Shown in pieces: positions 1-9,472 of a stretch of 64,000 bases of DNA (positions are counted from its first letter, which is position 1; each line of letters begins with the position of its first letter). Source of the DNA: Candidatus Babelota bacterium. Its GTDB lineage: Bacteria > Babelota > Babeliae > Babelales > Vermiphilaceae. The stretch spans positions 32,001-96,000 of the forward strand of contig JBMOLF010000001.1 in assembly GCA_049325595.1 (NCBI GenBank). The letters run 5' to 3'. The notes under the pieces are model-generated. The model was not told the DNA's origin. It saw nothing but the letters and a program-made list of their open reading frames with translations, and searched no databases. Both the position numbers and the translations under genes were made by a program.

Positions 1-179
1 TCAGTAGTAGTGCGGTAAATAACTTTAATGCGCGAAAGGCCGGTAATATAATGCTCAACCGATTCTAAAAGTGCTTGTATTTGTAATGGCCTATTAAATG
101 AGAAAATAATAAGATCAATATGGTTATTGGCACTGGCTATAAAACTTATACATACCATAACTAAAGCAAATATACGCAT
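1..179 (-). CDS. Partial (N-terminus only) glycosyltransferase-like protein with signal peptide; paralog of 2248..3132
   Basis: Hand translation MRIFALVMVCISFIASANNHIDLIIFSFNRPLQIQALLESVEHYITGLSRIKVIYR aligns with DMVIFSFDRPLQLYALLESVDTYVTGLETINVIYR; runs off the window edge; AAGGA upstream. Confidence 0.8.
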   Translation of the reverse strand, partial: MRIFALVMVCISFIASANNHIDLIIFSFNRPLQIQALLESVEHYITGLSRIKVIYRTTT

Positions 180-274
180 ATTCATTCCTTTTTTTATTGA
201 TGTAATGATTGGTTTATAAAATATTAAATTTTCATATACTAAGCAAATCAACCTCTTAAAAAAAGGACCGTTTA

Positions 275-1084
275 ATGAATCGATTCAAACTAAGTCTGCA
301 TATTGCATGTATGTTATTTTTTACTCTATCTACTTATACTAAACATTTTGTAATAGTTATTCCCTCTTACAACAATAAAGAATGGTATCAAAAAAATCTT
401 GATTCGGTTTTTATGCAACAACATACCGATTTTGAACTTGTCTATATTGCTGATTGTCCTACCGACGGAACTGACACTTTAGTTGAAAATTATTTTAAAG
501 CAATTAACTCACCAATTAAAACTACCTTAATTAAAAATAAAGAACGGGTAGGAGCTCTTGCAAATTTATATAACACTATAGCGCAATGCGACCCGAGTCA
601 CATAATTGTTACCCTTGATGGCGATGATTGGTTTCCTGATGAAAAAGTGTTAACCCACTTAAATCATATTTATTCCCACAACGAAGTGTGGATGACGTAT
701 GGCCAATCGTTGCACCACCCATCAAATCGAATTGGTGGAGCGCGTCAAATTCCCAACGAGGTAATAGCACATAATTCATACCGCTCTTATGATTGGGTTG
801 CAACTCATTTGCGAACATTTTACGCCGGATTGTTTCAACGTATTGCGGTAGAAGATTTAATGTATGAAGGAGAATTTTTTTCAGTCGCCTGGGACCTGGC
901 TTTTATGTTTCCTATGCTAGAAATGGCCGGCATTCATAGCTATTACATTGATCGCATTATGTATGTGTATAACTGCAATAATCCTATAAGCGATTTTAGA
1001 ATTGCCGCACAAAAACAAGCGCAATATGATCGCTATATTAGAACAAAAAAACCGTATGAACCATTAGAATATTTGTTCAATTAA
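275..1084 (+). CDS. Glycosyltransferase family 2 with N-terminal signal/anchor
   Basis: VIVIPSYN, DCPTDGT and LDGDD (DxD) GT-A motifs. Confidence 0.9.
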   Translation: MNRFKLSLHIACMLFFTLSTYTKHFVIVIPSYNNKEWYQKNLDSVFMQQHTDFELVYIADCPTDGTDTLVENYFKAINSPIKTTLIKNKERVGALANLYNTIAQCDPSHIIVTLDGDDWFPDEKVLTHLNHIYSHNEVWMTYGQSLHHPSNRIGGARQIPNEVIAHNSYRSYDWVATHLRTFYAGLFQRIAVEDLMYEGEFFSVAWDLAFMFPMLEMAGIHSYYIDRIMYVYNCNNPISDFRIAAQKQAQYDRYIRTKKPYEPLEYLFN

Positions 1085-1088
1085 ATTT

Positions 1089-1125
1089 AATAAGAGCTCG
1101 TCTAATCACGAGCTCTTATTTTTTT
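1089..1125. terminator. Intrinsic terminator between convergent genes
   Basis: AATAAGAGCTCGT-CTAATC-ACGAGCTCTTATT perfect stem followed by a T run. Confidence 0.8.
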
Positions 1126-1126
1126 G

Positions 1127-2092
1127 CTATCTATGCGCAACAATTTCATAGGAAGGCATAACATGCAATGATACATGGTGTGGTTGGCAATATACCAATG
1201 GATACTGACTTCTTATGGCATCCATAACTAAGGTGTGCCCTACAAATTTAAAATTATCACCCCACCCATGTAGTTGGCCTGAAATATAGCAAAGAGGTGC
1301 TTGAAAGAATTTTTTATCAACAATCATTTGTTGCGTGTTACATGATGATTCAGATAACGCAAACGTAGAAATAAATAAATCTGCACTCAAAGAAATTTCT
1401 GGAACCATAAATACCGGAATCAAATGAATTGCACCTTTTTCAAAAGATTCTGGTATGCGATCGTGTAAAATTACTTCTACATCAGGCATGGTAGCTTTCA
1501 GGAAAAAATATTGCAACGCTAATAATTCCGGCAAATCAATAAGATATAGGGTTGTTTCAGGCATTATCTGCTTAAAAACACTGGCCAAATTACCATAGCC
1601 ACTACCTACTTCCACAATTGAATTTATCGATTCATTAGGCCAGTACTCTAAAACTTTTGCTGCATAATATAAATGGCCTAAACAGTTACTTGAACAATTA
1701 AATTCTTTACAACAACGATCAAGCCCTAAAAAGTCAGACTCGTGAAAAGCTGATAGTTTTTCTTTGGTTTTTGCACTAATGCAATCACGCAAGTATAACA
1801 TTTCATACGATTGTACCACACTTATTCCTTGGCGAACCATGGTATTCCAAATACAATAATGTCGAGTAAAAAAACGATCGGGGTTGCCCAGCAAAATAGT
1901 TTTTACTTCTTGTTTGGTACTCTTCCAAATATCGTGGCAATAGTTACTTTCATGTTGATCAAGACCGGTTGTATGTAAAAAATTACAAAGATTTTTATAT
2001 TTTTCTTGCATATCATACCACAGAGAATCAACATAATTAGTTTGAATTTTAGCTACAAAAAGCAGCAATAATAAACTGATCTGTTTTTTCAT
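1127..2092 (-). CDS. Putative sugar O-methyltransferase (SAM-dependent) with signal peptide
   Basis: IVEVGSGYG, IDLPE and DLFISTFALSE motifs; start moved to ATG 2092 behind AAGGAG. Confidence 0.75.
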   Translation of the reverse strand: MKKQISLLLLLFVAKIQTNYVDSLWYDMQEKYKNLCNFLHTTGLDQHESNYCHDIWKSTKQEVKTILLGNPDRFFTRHYCIWNTMVRQGISVVQSYEMLYLRDCISAKTKEKLSAFHESDFLGLDRCCKEFNCSSNCLGHLYYAAKVLEYWPNESINSIVEVGSGYGNLASVFKQIMPETTLYLIDLPELLALQYFFLKATMPDVEVILHDRIPESFEKGAIHLIPVFMVPEISLSADLFISTFALSESSCNTQQMIVDKKFFQAPLCYISGQLHGWGDNFKFVGHTLVMDAIRSQYPLVYCQPHHVSLHVMPSYEIVAHR

Positions 2093-2247
2093 GACAAACT
2101 CCTTATTTGTGTTGATTAATTTGATGTGAACGAGTTTTACACAGTTGATTGATAATTGCAAAATATCTTTTATGATTTGCTTTTTTTATAAAGTTATGCA
2201 ACGGTATTAGCACCATTTCAAAACAACTTAAATCAAGGGGTTTTCTT

Positions 2248-3132
2248 ATGAAGCGCCAATTTTTACTCTCTTTGCTTTTTGTAAGCATAATGACATCGTG
2301 TCTTGCTCAAAAAGCAGATATGGTTATTTTTTCTTTTGACCGACCGTTACAACTCTACGCATTACTTGAATCGGTAGATACGTATGTAACAGGGCTGGAA
2401 ACGATTAATGTTATTTATCGTGCAAGTTCAGATGAATTTGCTTACGCATACGATTGTATACAGACTGATTTCCCACATGTAATATTTATAAAACAAGGTG
2501 CTAACCCTCGCCAAGATTTTAAGCCTCTTACTATACAGGCAGTAGAAAACACTCCTTCTCAATACATTATTTTTGCCGTCGACGACAATATCATAAAAGA
2601 TTACGTTGATTTAGAAGAATGTATCGAGTTGCTCAACCAAACAAATGCCTATGGATTTTACTTGCGACTCGGCTTAAATATATCCCATTGCTACACGCAA
2701 AACCAACCACAAATAATTCCCGCTCATCAACCAGTAAATAATGAAGTTTATGCATGGATATTCAAAGATGGTAGTTATGATTGGGGATACCCAAATACCG
2801 TTGATTTAACCTTATTTAAAAAAGAAGAAATTTTACCGACCATACGTACCTTATCATTTTATTCACCCAATGTATTTGAATGTGTATGGGCACAAAAAGC
2901 AGACGCTATTATGCAGCATATCGGTCTTTTTTTTGCTGAATCAAAAATTGTAAATCTACCACTTAATATGGTGCAAGAAGATTGGCATAATCGTAACCAA
3001 CAAGAACTTTTACCAGCTCAACAACTTGAGTTATTTTTCGCAGGTAAAAAAATAGATATTAAGCCTTTGTATAAAATTGCAAATCAATCACCCCATATGG
3101 AATATTGTCCTACCTTGATTGATCGTAATTAA
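2248..3132 (+). CDS. Glycosyltransferase-like protein (GT-A fold) with signal peptide
   Basis: IFSFDRPLQL and FAVDD motifs; lies in the GT cluster. Confidence 0.65.
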   Translation: MKRQFLLSLLFVSIMTSCLAQKADMVIFSFDRPLQLYALLESVDTYVTGLETINVIYRASSDEFAYAYDCIQTDFPHVIFIKQGANPRQDFKPLTIQAVENTPSQYIIFAVDDNIIKDYVDLEECIELLNQTNAYGFYLRLGLNISHCYTQNQPQIIPAHQPVNNEVYAWIFKDGSYDWGYPNTVDLTLFKKEEILPTIRTLSFYSPNVFECVWAQKADAIMQHIGLFFAESKIVNLPLNMVQEDWHNRNQQELLPAQQLELFFAGKKIDIKPLYKIANQSPHMEYCPTLIDRN

Positions 3133-3956
3133 AAAAGTTCTTTATGCGGTAATTTAGGATTAAAATAAATTACCGCTGTAGAAACATTTGAAATAGTGTG
3201 AATAAAAAAATCGGTACGTGCTAAAATTAAAACTTCGATGAGAACTTCTCGCCCTGCTTGCGTTCTATTAGATTGCTCGGGATTATAATGAATGGGAAAT
3301 CCATTTGTTGATCGACCAGCCGCAAAAGAAATAACCGGTTTATTAAGTGCAGTTTTTGCGGCCTGTAAAATTTCTTCTTCGTCTGTTGCTACAAAATATT
3401 GGTCTGCATCATACCTATTAGTGCAATCAAAAATTGTTTGTAGAGGAACATGCGGACGTTCAGAATTTTTATCAGTCCGTCTGATATGAATACCAATAGT
3501 TTTTTTACCTTTTATATGCTGTTCATAATAATCATCTACAACTTTTAATATGGATTCATTTACGTATATCCACTTATTAATGAGCTCATTAATTTCTGCT
3601 CGTTGATGGCTACACGGTGGTATAGCGATCAAATTATGACCATCTTTATCAAAATAACTGTTGTGAACATAATCACCATTTTCATAATTCTGCTCAGAGA
3701 CTGGTTTAAAAAAACATGGCCATGCATTTGCATTATTTTTACATTCAACATCACGTTCATCAAAATACAATGAACTCTTATCCCAATATATCACCGGAAC
3801 TTTATTATTTTGCTCGCACCATATTAAATTATTAAGCGCACCAAAAAAAGATGAAAAAAAACCACACCCATGTTGACCAATCACAAACTTTTCATGTGTT
3901 TGAGCAATAAGAGATAAAGAACATATAAAACTAATTAATAAAAGTTTTTTTAACAT
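3129..3956 (-). CDS. NodZ/alpha-1,6-fucosyltransferase-like (GT23/O-FucT-like) protein with signal peptide
   Basis: GFFSSF, IGIHIRRTDK, FVATD and HTISNVS motifs. Confidence 0.8.
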   Translation of the reverse strand: MLKKLLLISFICSLSLIAQTHEKFVIGQHGCGFFSSFFGALNNLIWCEQNNKVPVIYWDKSSLYFDERDVECKNNANAWPCFFKPVSEQNYENGDYVHNSYFDKDGHNLIAIPPCSHQRAEINELINKWIYVNESILKVVDDYYEQHIKGKKTIGIHIRRTDKNSERPHVPLQTIFDCTNRYDADQYFVATDEEEILQAAKTALNKPVISFAAGRSTNGFPIHYNPEQSNRTQAGREVLIEVLILARTDFFIHTISNVSTAVIYFNPKLPHKELF

Positions 3957-4027
3957 ATATCCCCTTTTTTAACACCAAATGGATTAAAAAAGAGGATATA
4001 ATAATTACAAAACATAAGGCAATGTTA

Positions 4028-5005
4028 TTAATACAGGCATATAAGCGCAGGATTTACATATATTTTGTCATATCCTTTGCAAATCATTGATGCATGGAGT
4101 GTCGTATGCTCACATACAACGGGTAAATCATAACCACTATTCGGTATGAAAACTAATGGTAATGGTCTTTGATCACTATTGATAAGTAATGTATAAATGC
4201 GGTAATAAAGATGATTAGTCGCCATGTTCTTATTGAGTATCTGATCACTAAGATGTTCAAGATCTTTGGTAACATACCCACAATACCAACAATCTTTTAA
4301 TGCATTTCGTTTATACAATGCAATACCACCAAAAGCAGAATACACTTTTTGTAAAGGTAAGCTGGGTGCAAATGCAATTGGCTGCTCAAGGCGAATACGC
4401 CAAAATTCTTCACCCAATAATTCAGGACCAAGAGGAAATTGATCATCCCGATAAGCAAAACGATCGTAATGGTAATGATCACCATTTACGCCATTTGCCG
4501 CAATACAATCCCATTGCTCAGTACAATTGAATGATGCAATTACATCGTTTACCTGCCAACCTATCCTAAAATCAAGATCTGTCATTATAATATAGTTATA
4601 ATCCGCAAACAGATCGCTCATTGCTTGTTTGAGCACTTGATTGCGCGCATAGGCAATCAGTTCCATACGACACGGTGCTTTATCGCGCAAAGCATGGCTT
4701 TTGGTCCGATTACTTAACTGCTGGTCAGAAAGATATTCAGATATGATAGTTACTCTTGGATTTTTAATCATCCATGCGTTTAATACATCTAACGTGTTAT
4801 CAGTTGAATTGTTTTCATAAATGATAACCTGATAATCCTTAAAATAATCTCCTAATTGCTCAATCTTTTGCATCATATTTGGCAAACATGATGCAATATT
4901 TTTACCAACACCTAAAATTAATAGTTTTTCATTTTTTGGATTAATAGCTGCGTTCAGGTACCCAACAAAACAACCAAATATAAAAATAAATTTGAAATAG
5001 TTCAT
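4028..5005 (-). CDS. Glycosyltransferase resembling the cryptococcal mannosyltransferase (CAP59/GT69-like) family
   Basis: IIYENNSTDNT, IAYARN, DLD, YDRFAYR, VYSAFGGIALY and CEH motifs; signal peptide. Confidence 0.65.
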   Translation of the reverse strand: MNYFKFIFIFGCFVGYLNAAINPKNEKLLILGVGKNIASCLPNMMQKIEQLGDYFKDYQVIIYENNSTDNTLDVLNAWMIKNPRVTIISEYLSDQQLSNRTKSHALRDKAPCRMELIAYARNQVLKQAMSDLFADYNYIIMTDLDFRIGWQVNDVIASFNCTEQWDCIAANGVNGDHYHYDRFAYRDDQFPLGPELLGEEFWRIRLEQPIAFAPSLPLQKVYSAFGGIALYKRNALKDCWYCGYVTKDLEHLSDQILNKNMATNHLYYRIYTLLINSDQRPLPLVFIPNSGYDLPVVCEHTTLHASMICKGYDKIYVNPALICLY

Positions 5006-5006
5006 G

Positions 5007-5807
5007 TTAATCCTGTTGCGCATATTGTTTTAATTGCTCTAGAATGTAGGCTGCTTGCGCATGATTTTTGCACCCATGCAGCATGTAATAATGTATATCT
5101 GGTTGCGTATACCCATGCTCGTAAGGAATTCTATTTTCGCGCCATGCTTGTATGCTTTCAAAATATGGATCATAAACTGGCAGATATTGAGTCGCACCAT
5201 ATTTCCAAAGCAAAACATTTAATATAGTTTCATCAAAGTTTGGCGCCTTACGACCATATTTTAAGCATGCCTCGTACCATTCTTGTAAAAATGCTCGGCA
5301 AGTGTGTGAAAATAGAATATGCGCATGCACATACGGCATTGATTTATGGGTAACTCCCATTAACTTCATAATCTGATATTGATTTTCAGGATCTTTCGGA
5401 TGTAAAGGACATAGCGGATAGTCTTGTATGGTTTTACATACATCAAATAAGGTATCGACTCCTTTATTTAAAATATCATCTGCTTCGATATAGACCCCAT
5501 AATCCAGCCCTGATTCTAAAATAATACGCACTTTAATAAAAAAAATATGTACTTTGCTTAAATCAACATCAAGTCTACGTTTTATTAAACGAGGATATTG
5601 TGCCGTATCAAAAGGAATTTCGGCATTAATACCATACGCAATTACCGGTCGTGTTGAAAATTCATGTGCACTATCAAGGGTAACTTTAAGCAAATCAAAA
5701 TAATTACTGGTAGCAAAAGTAACAAAACCTTCGGATGGTTGTGTATGCGCATGCATATGCATACCAAGTACACATAAAATAATTACTATATATTTTTTCA
5801 TGTTCAC
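5007..5807 (-). CDS. Putative glycosyltransferase with signal peptide
   Basis: K..IILES...GVYIEADD and DETILN(VLLWK) GT-like motifs; cluster context. Confidence 0.55.
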   Translation of the reverse strand: MNMKKYIVIILCVLGMHMHAHTQPSEGFVTFATSNYFDLLKVTLDSAHEFSTRPVIAYGINAEIPFDTAQYPRLIKRRLDVDLSKVHIFFIKVRIILESGLDYGVYIEADDILNKGVDTLFDVCKTIQDYPLCPLHPKDPENQYQIMKLMGVTHKSMPYVHAHILFSHTCRAFLQEWYEACLKYGRKAPNFDETILNVLLWKYGATQYLPVYDPYFESIQAWRENRIPYEHGYTQPDIHYYMLHGCKNHAQAAYILEQLKQYAQQD

Positions 5808-5816
5808 TCTTTCTGT

Positions 5817-6596
5817 TTATTCAATGCCTAATAAATGAACAAGCTCATTCAATTGCTGTTCATAGTAATCATAGGGACGCAACATATGGCAATCTGTGTA
5901 ATATCCTGATGATACTAATTGTGCATCATAACCCCACCATCCACGGTCGACACGTTTATCAACATGGTGACCGAGCTTTACTAATCGACCCGTTTGTGCA
6001 TGCCATCTATTGAGCGTATGATACAGTATTTGTTGATCAGTCGTCCAACCAAGTCCTAATGCATACCATTGTTTGATAATTTCAGGAATTTGATGTACTG
6101 AATCAACATTGAAAATCTCTTTAAATATGCTTCCTTTAGCAACATTGTAGCACATAGGATATTCGCACATATCTTGTCCTGCAAAAGCACCATCTTTGAA
6201 GGTAACAAAACAATCATCAGGAATATCTTTTACACTCTTTGCAAAATATTCTTTGCTTAAAGGAATCATATCCATATCAGAAATTATACATACTTCATCT
6301 TCAAAATAAGCCGGTGCTAATAACCGAATTACCTGCGCTTGAAAAGAAGTTGGAATACCTTCTATGGGTTCAAAACGAATTACCTCACCAAGAGTTTCAT
6401 CAACTACTACATTAGCTGGTGCAACCAAAAATAGAGTAGGTTGTACTCCTACTAGTTGTTTCCACGTTTTGGCAACAATCGGCCAAAATGGTAAATACAT
6501 AGGATTTGCATCAGATGCGATAATAACCCGGTCTATATGCAACGCTTGTATGCAAGGGGCTATTAACAATAGCCCCATAAATAATATGCTTTTCAT
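5817..6596 (-). CDS. Putative glycosyltransferase with signal peptide
   Basis: IISDMDMIPL (DxD), WTTDQQIL and DCH motifs. Confidence 0.55.
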   Translation of the reverse strand: MKSILFMGLLLIAPCIQALHIDRVIIASDANPMYLPFWPIVAKTWKQLVGVQPTLFLVAPANVVVDETLGEVIRFEPIEGIPTSFQAQVIRLLAPAYFEDEVCIISDMDMIPLSKEYFAKSVKDIPDDCFVTFKDGAFAGQDMCEYPMCYNVAKGSIFKEIFNVDSVHQIPEIIKQWYALGLGWTTDQQILYHTLNRWHAQTGRLVKLGHHVDKRVDRGWWGYDAQLVSSGYYTDCHMLRPYDYYEQQLNELVHLLGIE

Positions 6597-7312
6597 TACT
6601 TTTCACCTAATTGTAGTGGCGCATTGGCAAAATTAACGTATAAATCATCAAAGCCACCAAACTTGGTAATAAAGGTAAAACCTTTTGATTCCAATATTTT
6701 TTGTACATCAGTAGTGTTTTCATTATTCTCAACACTGATTACAAAAATAGGTATGTGATCAAAATCAATCGATTTAATAATATCAAGCTCAGAACCTTCT
6801 GTATCGATTGATAAATAATCAACACGCGTAATGCCATGCTCATCCATAGTTTTATTAAAGGTAATTACGGGTATATCAATGATGGTGTAATAGCTGCCTG
6901 GCGTTGTTGCTAAATACAAGTTCACCACTTTCCACCGATGTGGTTCTTCATCAAAAAATTTCTTGAGACCACTTAATTCTTCTAATTTTGCTATATCAAC
7001 AAATTGCATCATGCCTTCTGTTCCTGCCATGGCAGCTTGTATGCACGTACAATTACGTGCGGCTTTTAAATCAGCAAAAATTCGGGGAACTGGTTCGATG
7101 CATAACCCTTTCCAACCAAGCTCTTTTTCAAAAAAATAACTATTGCTAAAGCAAACACCATTATAAGCACCTATTTCAACAAACGTGCCGTTGCGCATAT
7201 TCTTAAAATAATGTTCATTCACGAACTTATCTTGGCCAACTTGGCTATAATATTCTGCAACACATGATGAAGCTATAAGCAATAAACTTATTACTATTTT
7301 TTTCATAGACAA
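6596..7312 (-). CDS. FkbM-family methyltransferase with signal peptide
   Basis: YSQVGQD, FVEIGAYNG..SNS, IEP and LSIDTEGSE motifs. Confidence 0.9.
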   Translation of the reverse strand: MSMKKIVISLLLIASSCVAEYYSQVGQDKFVNEHYFKNMRNGTFVEIGAYNGVCFSNSYFFEKELGWKGLCIEPVPRIFADLKAARNCTCIQAAMAGTEGMMQFVDIAKLEELSGLKKFFDEEPHRWKVVNLYLATTPGSYYTIIDIPVITFNKTMDEHGITRVDYLSIDTEGSELDIIKSIDFDHIPIFVISVENNENTTDVQKILESKGFTFITKFGGFDDLYVNFANAPLQLGEK

Positions 7313-7318
7313 TCTTTC

Positions 7319-8611
7319 TTAAGCTGCAGCAGCCGCTATTTGTGTTTGCTGTTGAGCAATCAAGGATTTGCGATCTTCATAGAATTTAAGATTTTTCTTT
7401 AAATGTTCCATCTCTGGTCTATTTTCAAGTGCACAACGAACACCTTTTTCTCCCATGTCATATTCACCGATATACCAGGAAGAAATACCAACCACATCGT
7501 GACGCTCAAAATCATAAATGTTTTTATCTACAAACAATACATCACTAGTTGGATACGGTTGTTCACATGCACGGTGAGCAAAAAGATATGCCAGTGCATG
7601 CTCTCCTTTTGCCAAATAATGTTGAGCAATTTTTACCAATGGTTCTGTTCGGCATGATCTATAAGAATATGCTTTTAAATAATATTCAAGCGCTTTGGCC
7701 CAGGTATATTCGTCTTTTTCTTCTTTTTGCGCAAGCCATTCAGTAATTTGCGCTAAGCGATACCAGGTAACAAAATTCTCTTCGTACCAGCCAGGCAATG
7801 TGCTACGGTGTTTATAGTATTTATGTGCATTCTCAAGATCACCTAAACATGCATACGTTTGCGCAAGGTAAAATGTAGTACGCGGATCATTAGGGTGCTC
7901 ATTATGATATTTGAGTAATAAATCTAAATCACGTTTCCAACGAGCCATAGATTTATCGGCACCAGTTTTTGATGGCCGCAAATCAAAATATATTTCACCA
8001 GGCACACGATACGGAGTTCCTTCCATAATTGTTTCATGCACAACCCCACCAAAACGTAACTGGGCACTCTTGCGCAATAAACGTTGGGTATAAAAATCAA
8101 TGCTTGGATTCATGATACGCACTAAATAAGACGATTCTATAATATTATCTTTGTGCTCTTGGCAATAATCCATTAATGCCGGCATATTAACCATGTACCA
8201 CTCAGCATCGGGCATCATTAAAAACACTGCATTAGGGAATTTTTCTTCTGCAAGTTCTAGGCCTCTATTACGCGATGTTGCAAAATCAACAAAAGGTTCT
8301 TGAGCAATAGCTGCATTAGCAATACCATTTTCGGTAAAAAATTCTTCTGCTTTTTCAATTGTTTTATCAGTCGATCCCGTGTCGAATACAAAAAAACCAA
8401 GCGCACTTTTTTGTTCTTCACTTAATCCAACAATATATGATTCTAGGGTTGGTTTTATTACCGGTTCTTCGTCTTTGACCATAAGAACAACAACAAGCAT
8501 TAATTGATCGTACGATTTAAAACTATTCATAAATCGATTAGTTGCCCGTAATGTAAGCGGCACAAGGGCCAATAAGGTAATTAAAGACCAAATTCGTAAT
8601 AATATTTTCAT
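7319..8611 (-). CDS. GT2 glycosyltransferase fused to TPR repeats
   Basis: MVKDE, DTGSTDKT, DFATSRN, DAE and GVVHE motifs, followed by TPR-like FYLAQTY repeats. Confidence 0.85.
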   Translation of the reverse strand: MKILLRIWSLITLLALVPLTLRATNRFMNSFKSYDQLMLVVVLMVKDEEPVIKPTLESYIVGLSEEQKSALGFFVFDTGSTDKTIEKAEEFFTENGIANAAIAQEPFVDFATSRNRGLELAEEKFPNAVFLMMPDAEWYMVNMPALMDYCQEHKDNIIESSYLVRIMNPSIDFYTQRLLRKSAQLRFGGVVHETIMEGTPYRVPGEIYFDLRPSKTGADKSMARWKRDLDLLLKYHNEHPNDPRTTFYLAQTYACLGDLENAHKYYKHRSTLPGWYEENFVTWYRLAQITEWLAQKEEKDEYTWAKALEYYLKAYSYRSCRTEPLVKIAQHYLAKGEHALAYLFAHRACEQPYPTSDVLFVDKNIYDFERHDVVGISSWYIGEYDMGEKGVRCALENRPEMEHLKKNLKFYEDRKSLIAQQQTQIAAAAA

Positions 8612-8632
8612 CTTCTACTTTCCTTTTTTTTG

Positions 8633-9406
8633 TTATTCGTAATATGCGTAAATATCTCCCCACAGCAAATTGCCAATTTTGGGCAACTGTTGACTTCGTA
8701 GATCTTGTAATGTTGTTAATAACTCAGATGCTGATAGCCAGACAGAACTTACAAATTCAGTACTTTCTGCTATTACAAAATTAAATTTGGTATACCCCAG
8801 TTTTTGCAATCGTTCTAAACAGTTACGACTGTTATGCTCAGTTTCGCAGGCATACTCAAAAGAAATAAGTTGAATAGGATAAGATAATCCTTTAAGAACT
8901 TCATACTCAAAGTTTTCTACATCGATTTTGCAAAATACCGGCGTGCCATGTTTTTGTATCATATGATCTAATGTTGCAATGGGCACTTGAATAACTGTAT
9001 CCCACTTAAAACTGCCACAGCTACCATCAGAAAAGCGCGATTGCTCAATCCACTCACGTGAAAATGTTGAAAGGGTATCAGCATCGCACTGATAAAAAGG
9101 TAATACTCCTTCTTTTTCACCAATGGCAAGAGGCTCAAGCAAAATATGATCATTATTATTAAATCTATTTTTTAGATACCTTTGTAAATGTGGCTGCGGT
9201 TCAAAACAGACAACACGTGCACCTAAACTTGTCAACGATGCTGCTTTTTTCCCTTGGTGTGCACCAATATCAAATACAAGGTCACCGGTTTTAATAAATG
9301 GCTTTAAAAACTCAGAATATCCTATTGGATCAAATTGATCTTTGATGGTGTATGAAAAAATTATTGATGTGCTAAATAGTAAAATCCAAAGATATGATTG
9401 CTTCAT
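8633..9406 (-). CDS. FkbM-family methyltransferase with signal peptide
   Basis: VFDIGAHQG, FEP and KIDVENFEYEVLKG motifs. Confidence 0.9.
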   Translation of the reverse strand: MKQSYLWILLFSTSIIFSYTIKDQFDPIGYSEFLKPFIKTGDLVFDIGAHQGKKAASLTSLGARVVCFEPQPHLQRYLKNRFNNNDHILLEPLAIGEKEGVLPFYQCDADTLSTFSREWIEQSRFSDGSCGSFKWDTVIQVPIATLDHMIQKHGTPVFCKIDVENFEYEVLKGLSYPIQLISFEYACETEHNSRNCLERLQKLGYTKFNFVIAESTEFVSSVWLSASELLTTLQDLRSQQLPKIGNLLWGDIYAYYE

Positions 9407-9472
9407 TACACTCCTTTGTATCTCAATTTTTGAAGATGACCTTACTATGATTTAATGCAAAGGTCAATTTAT

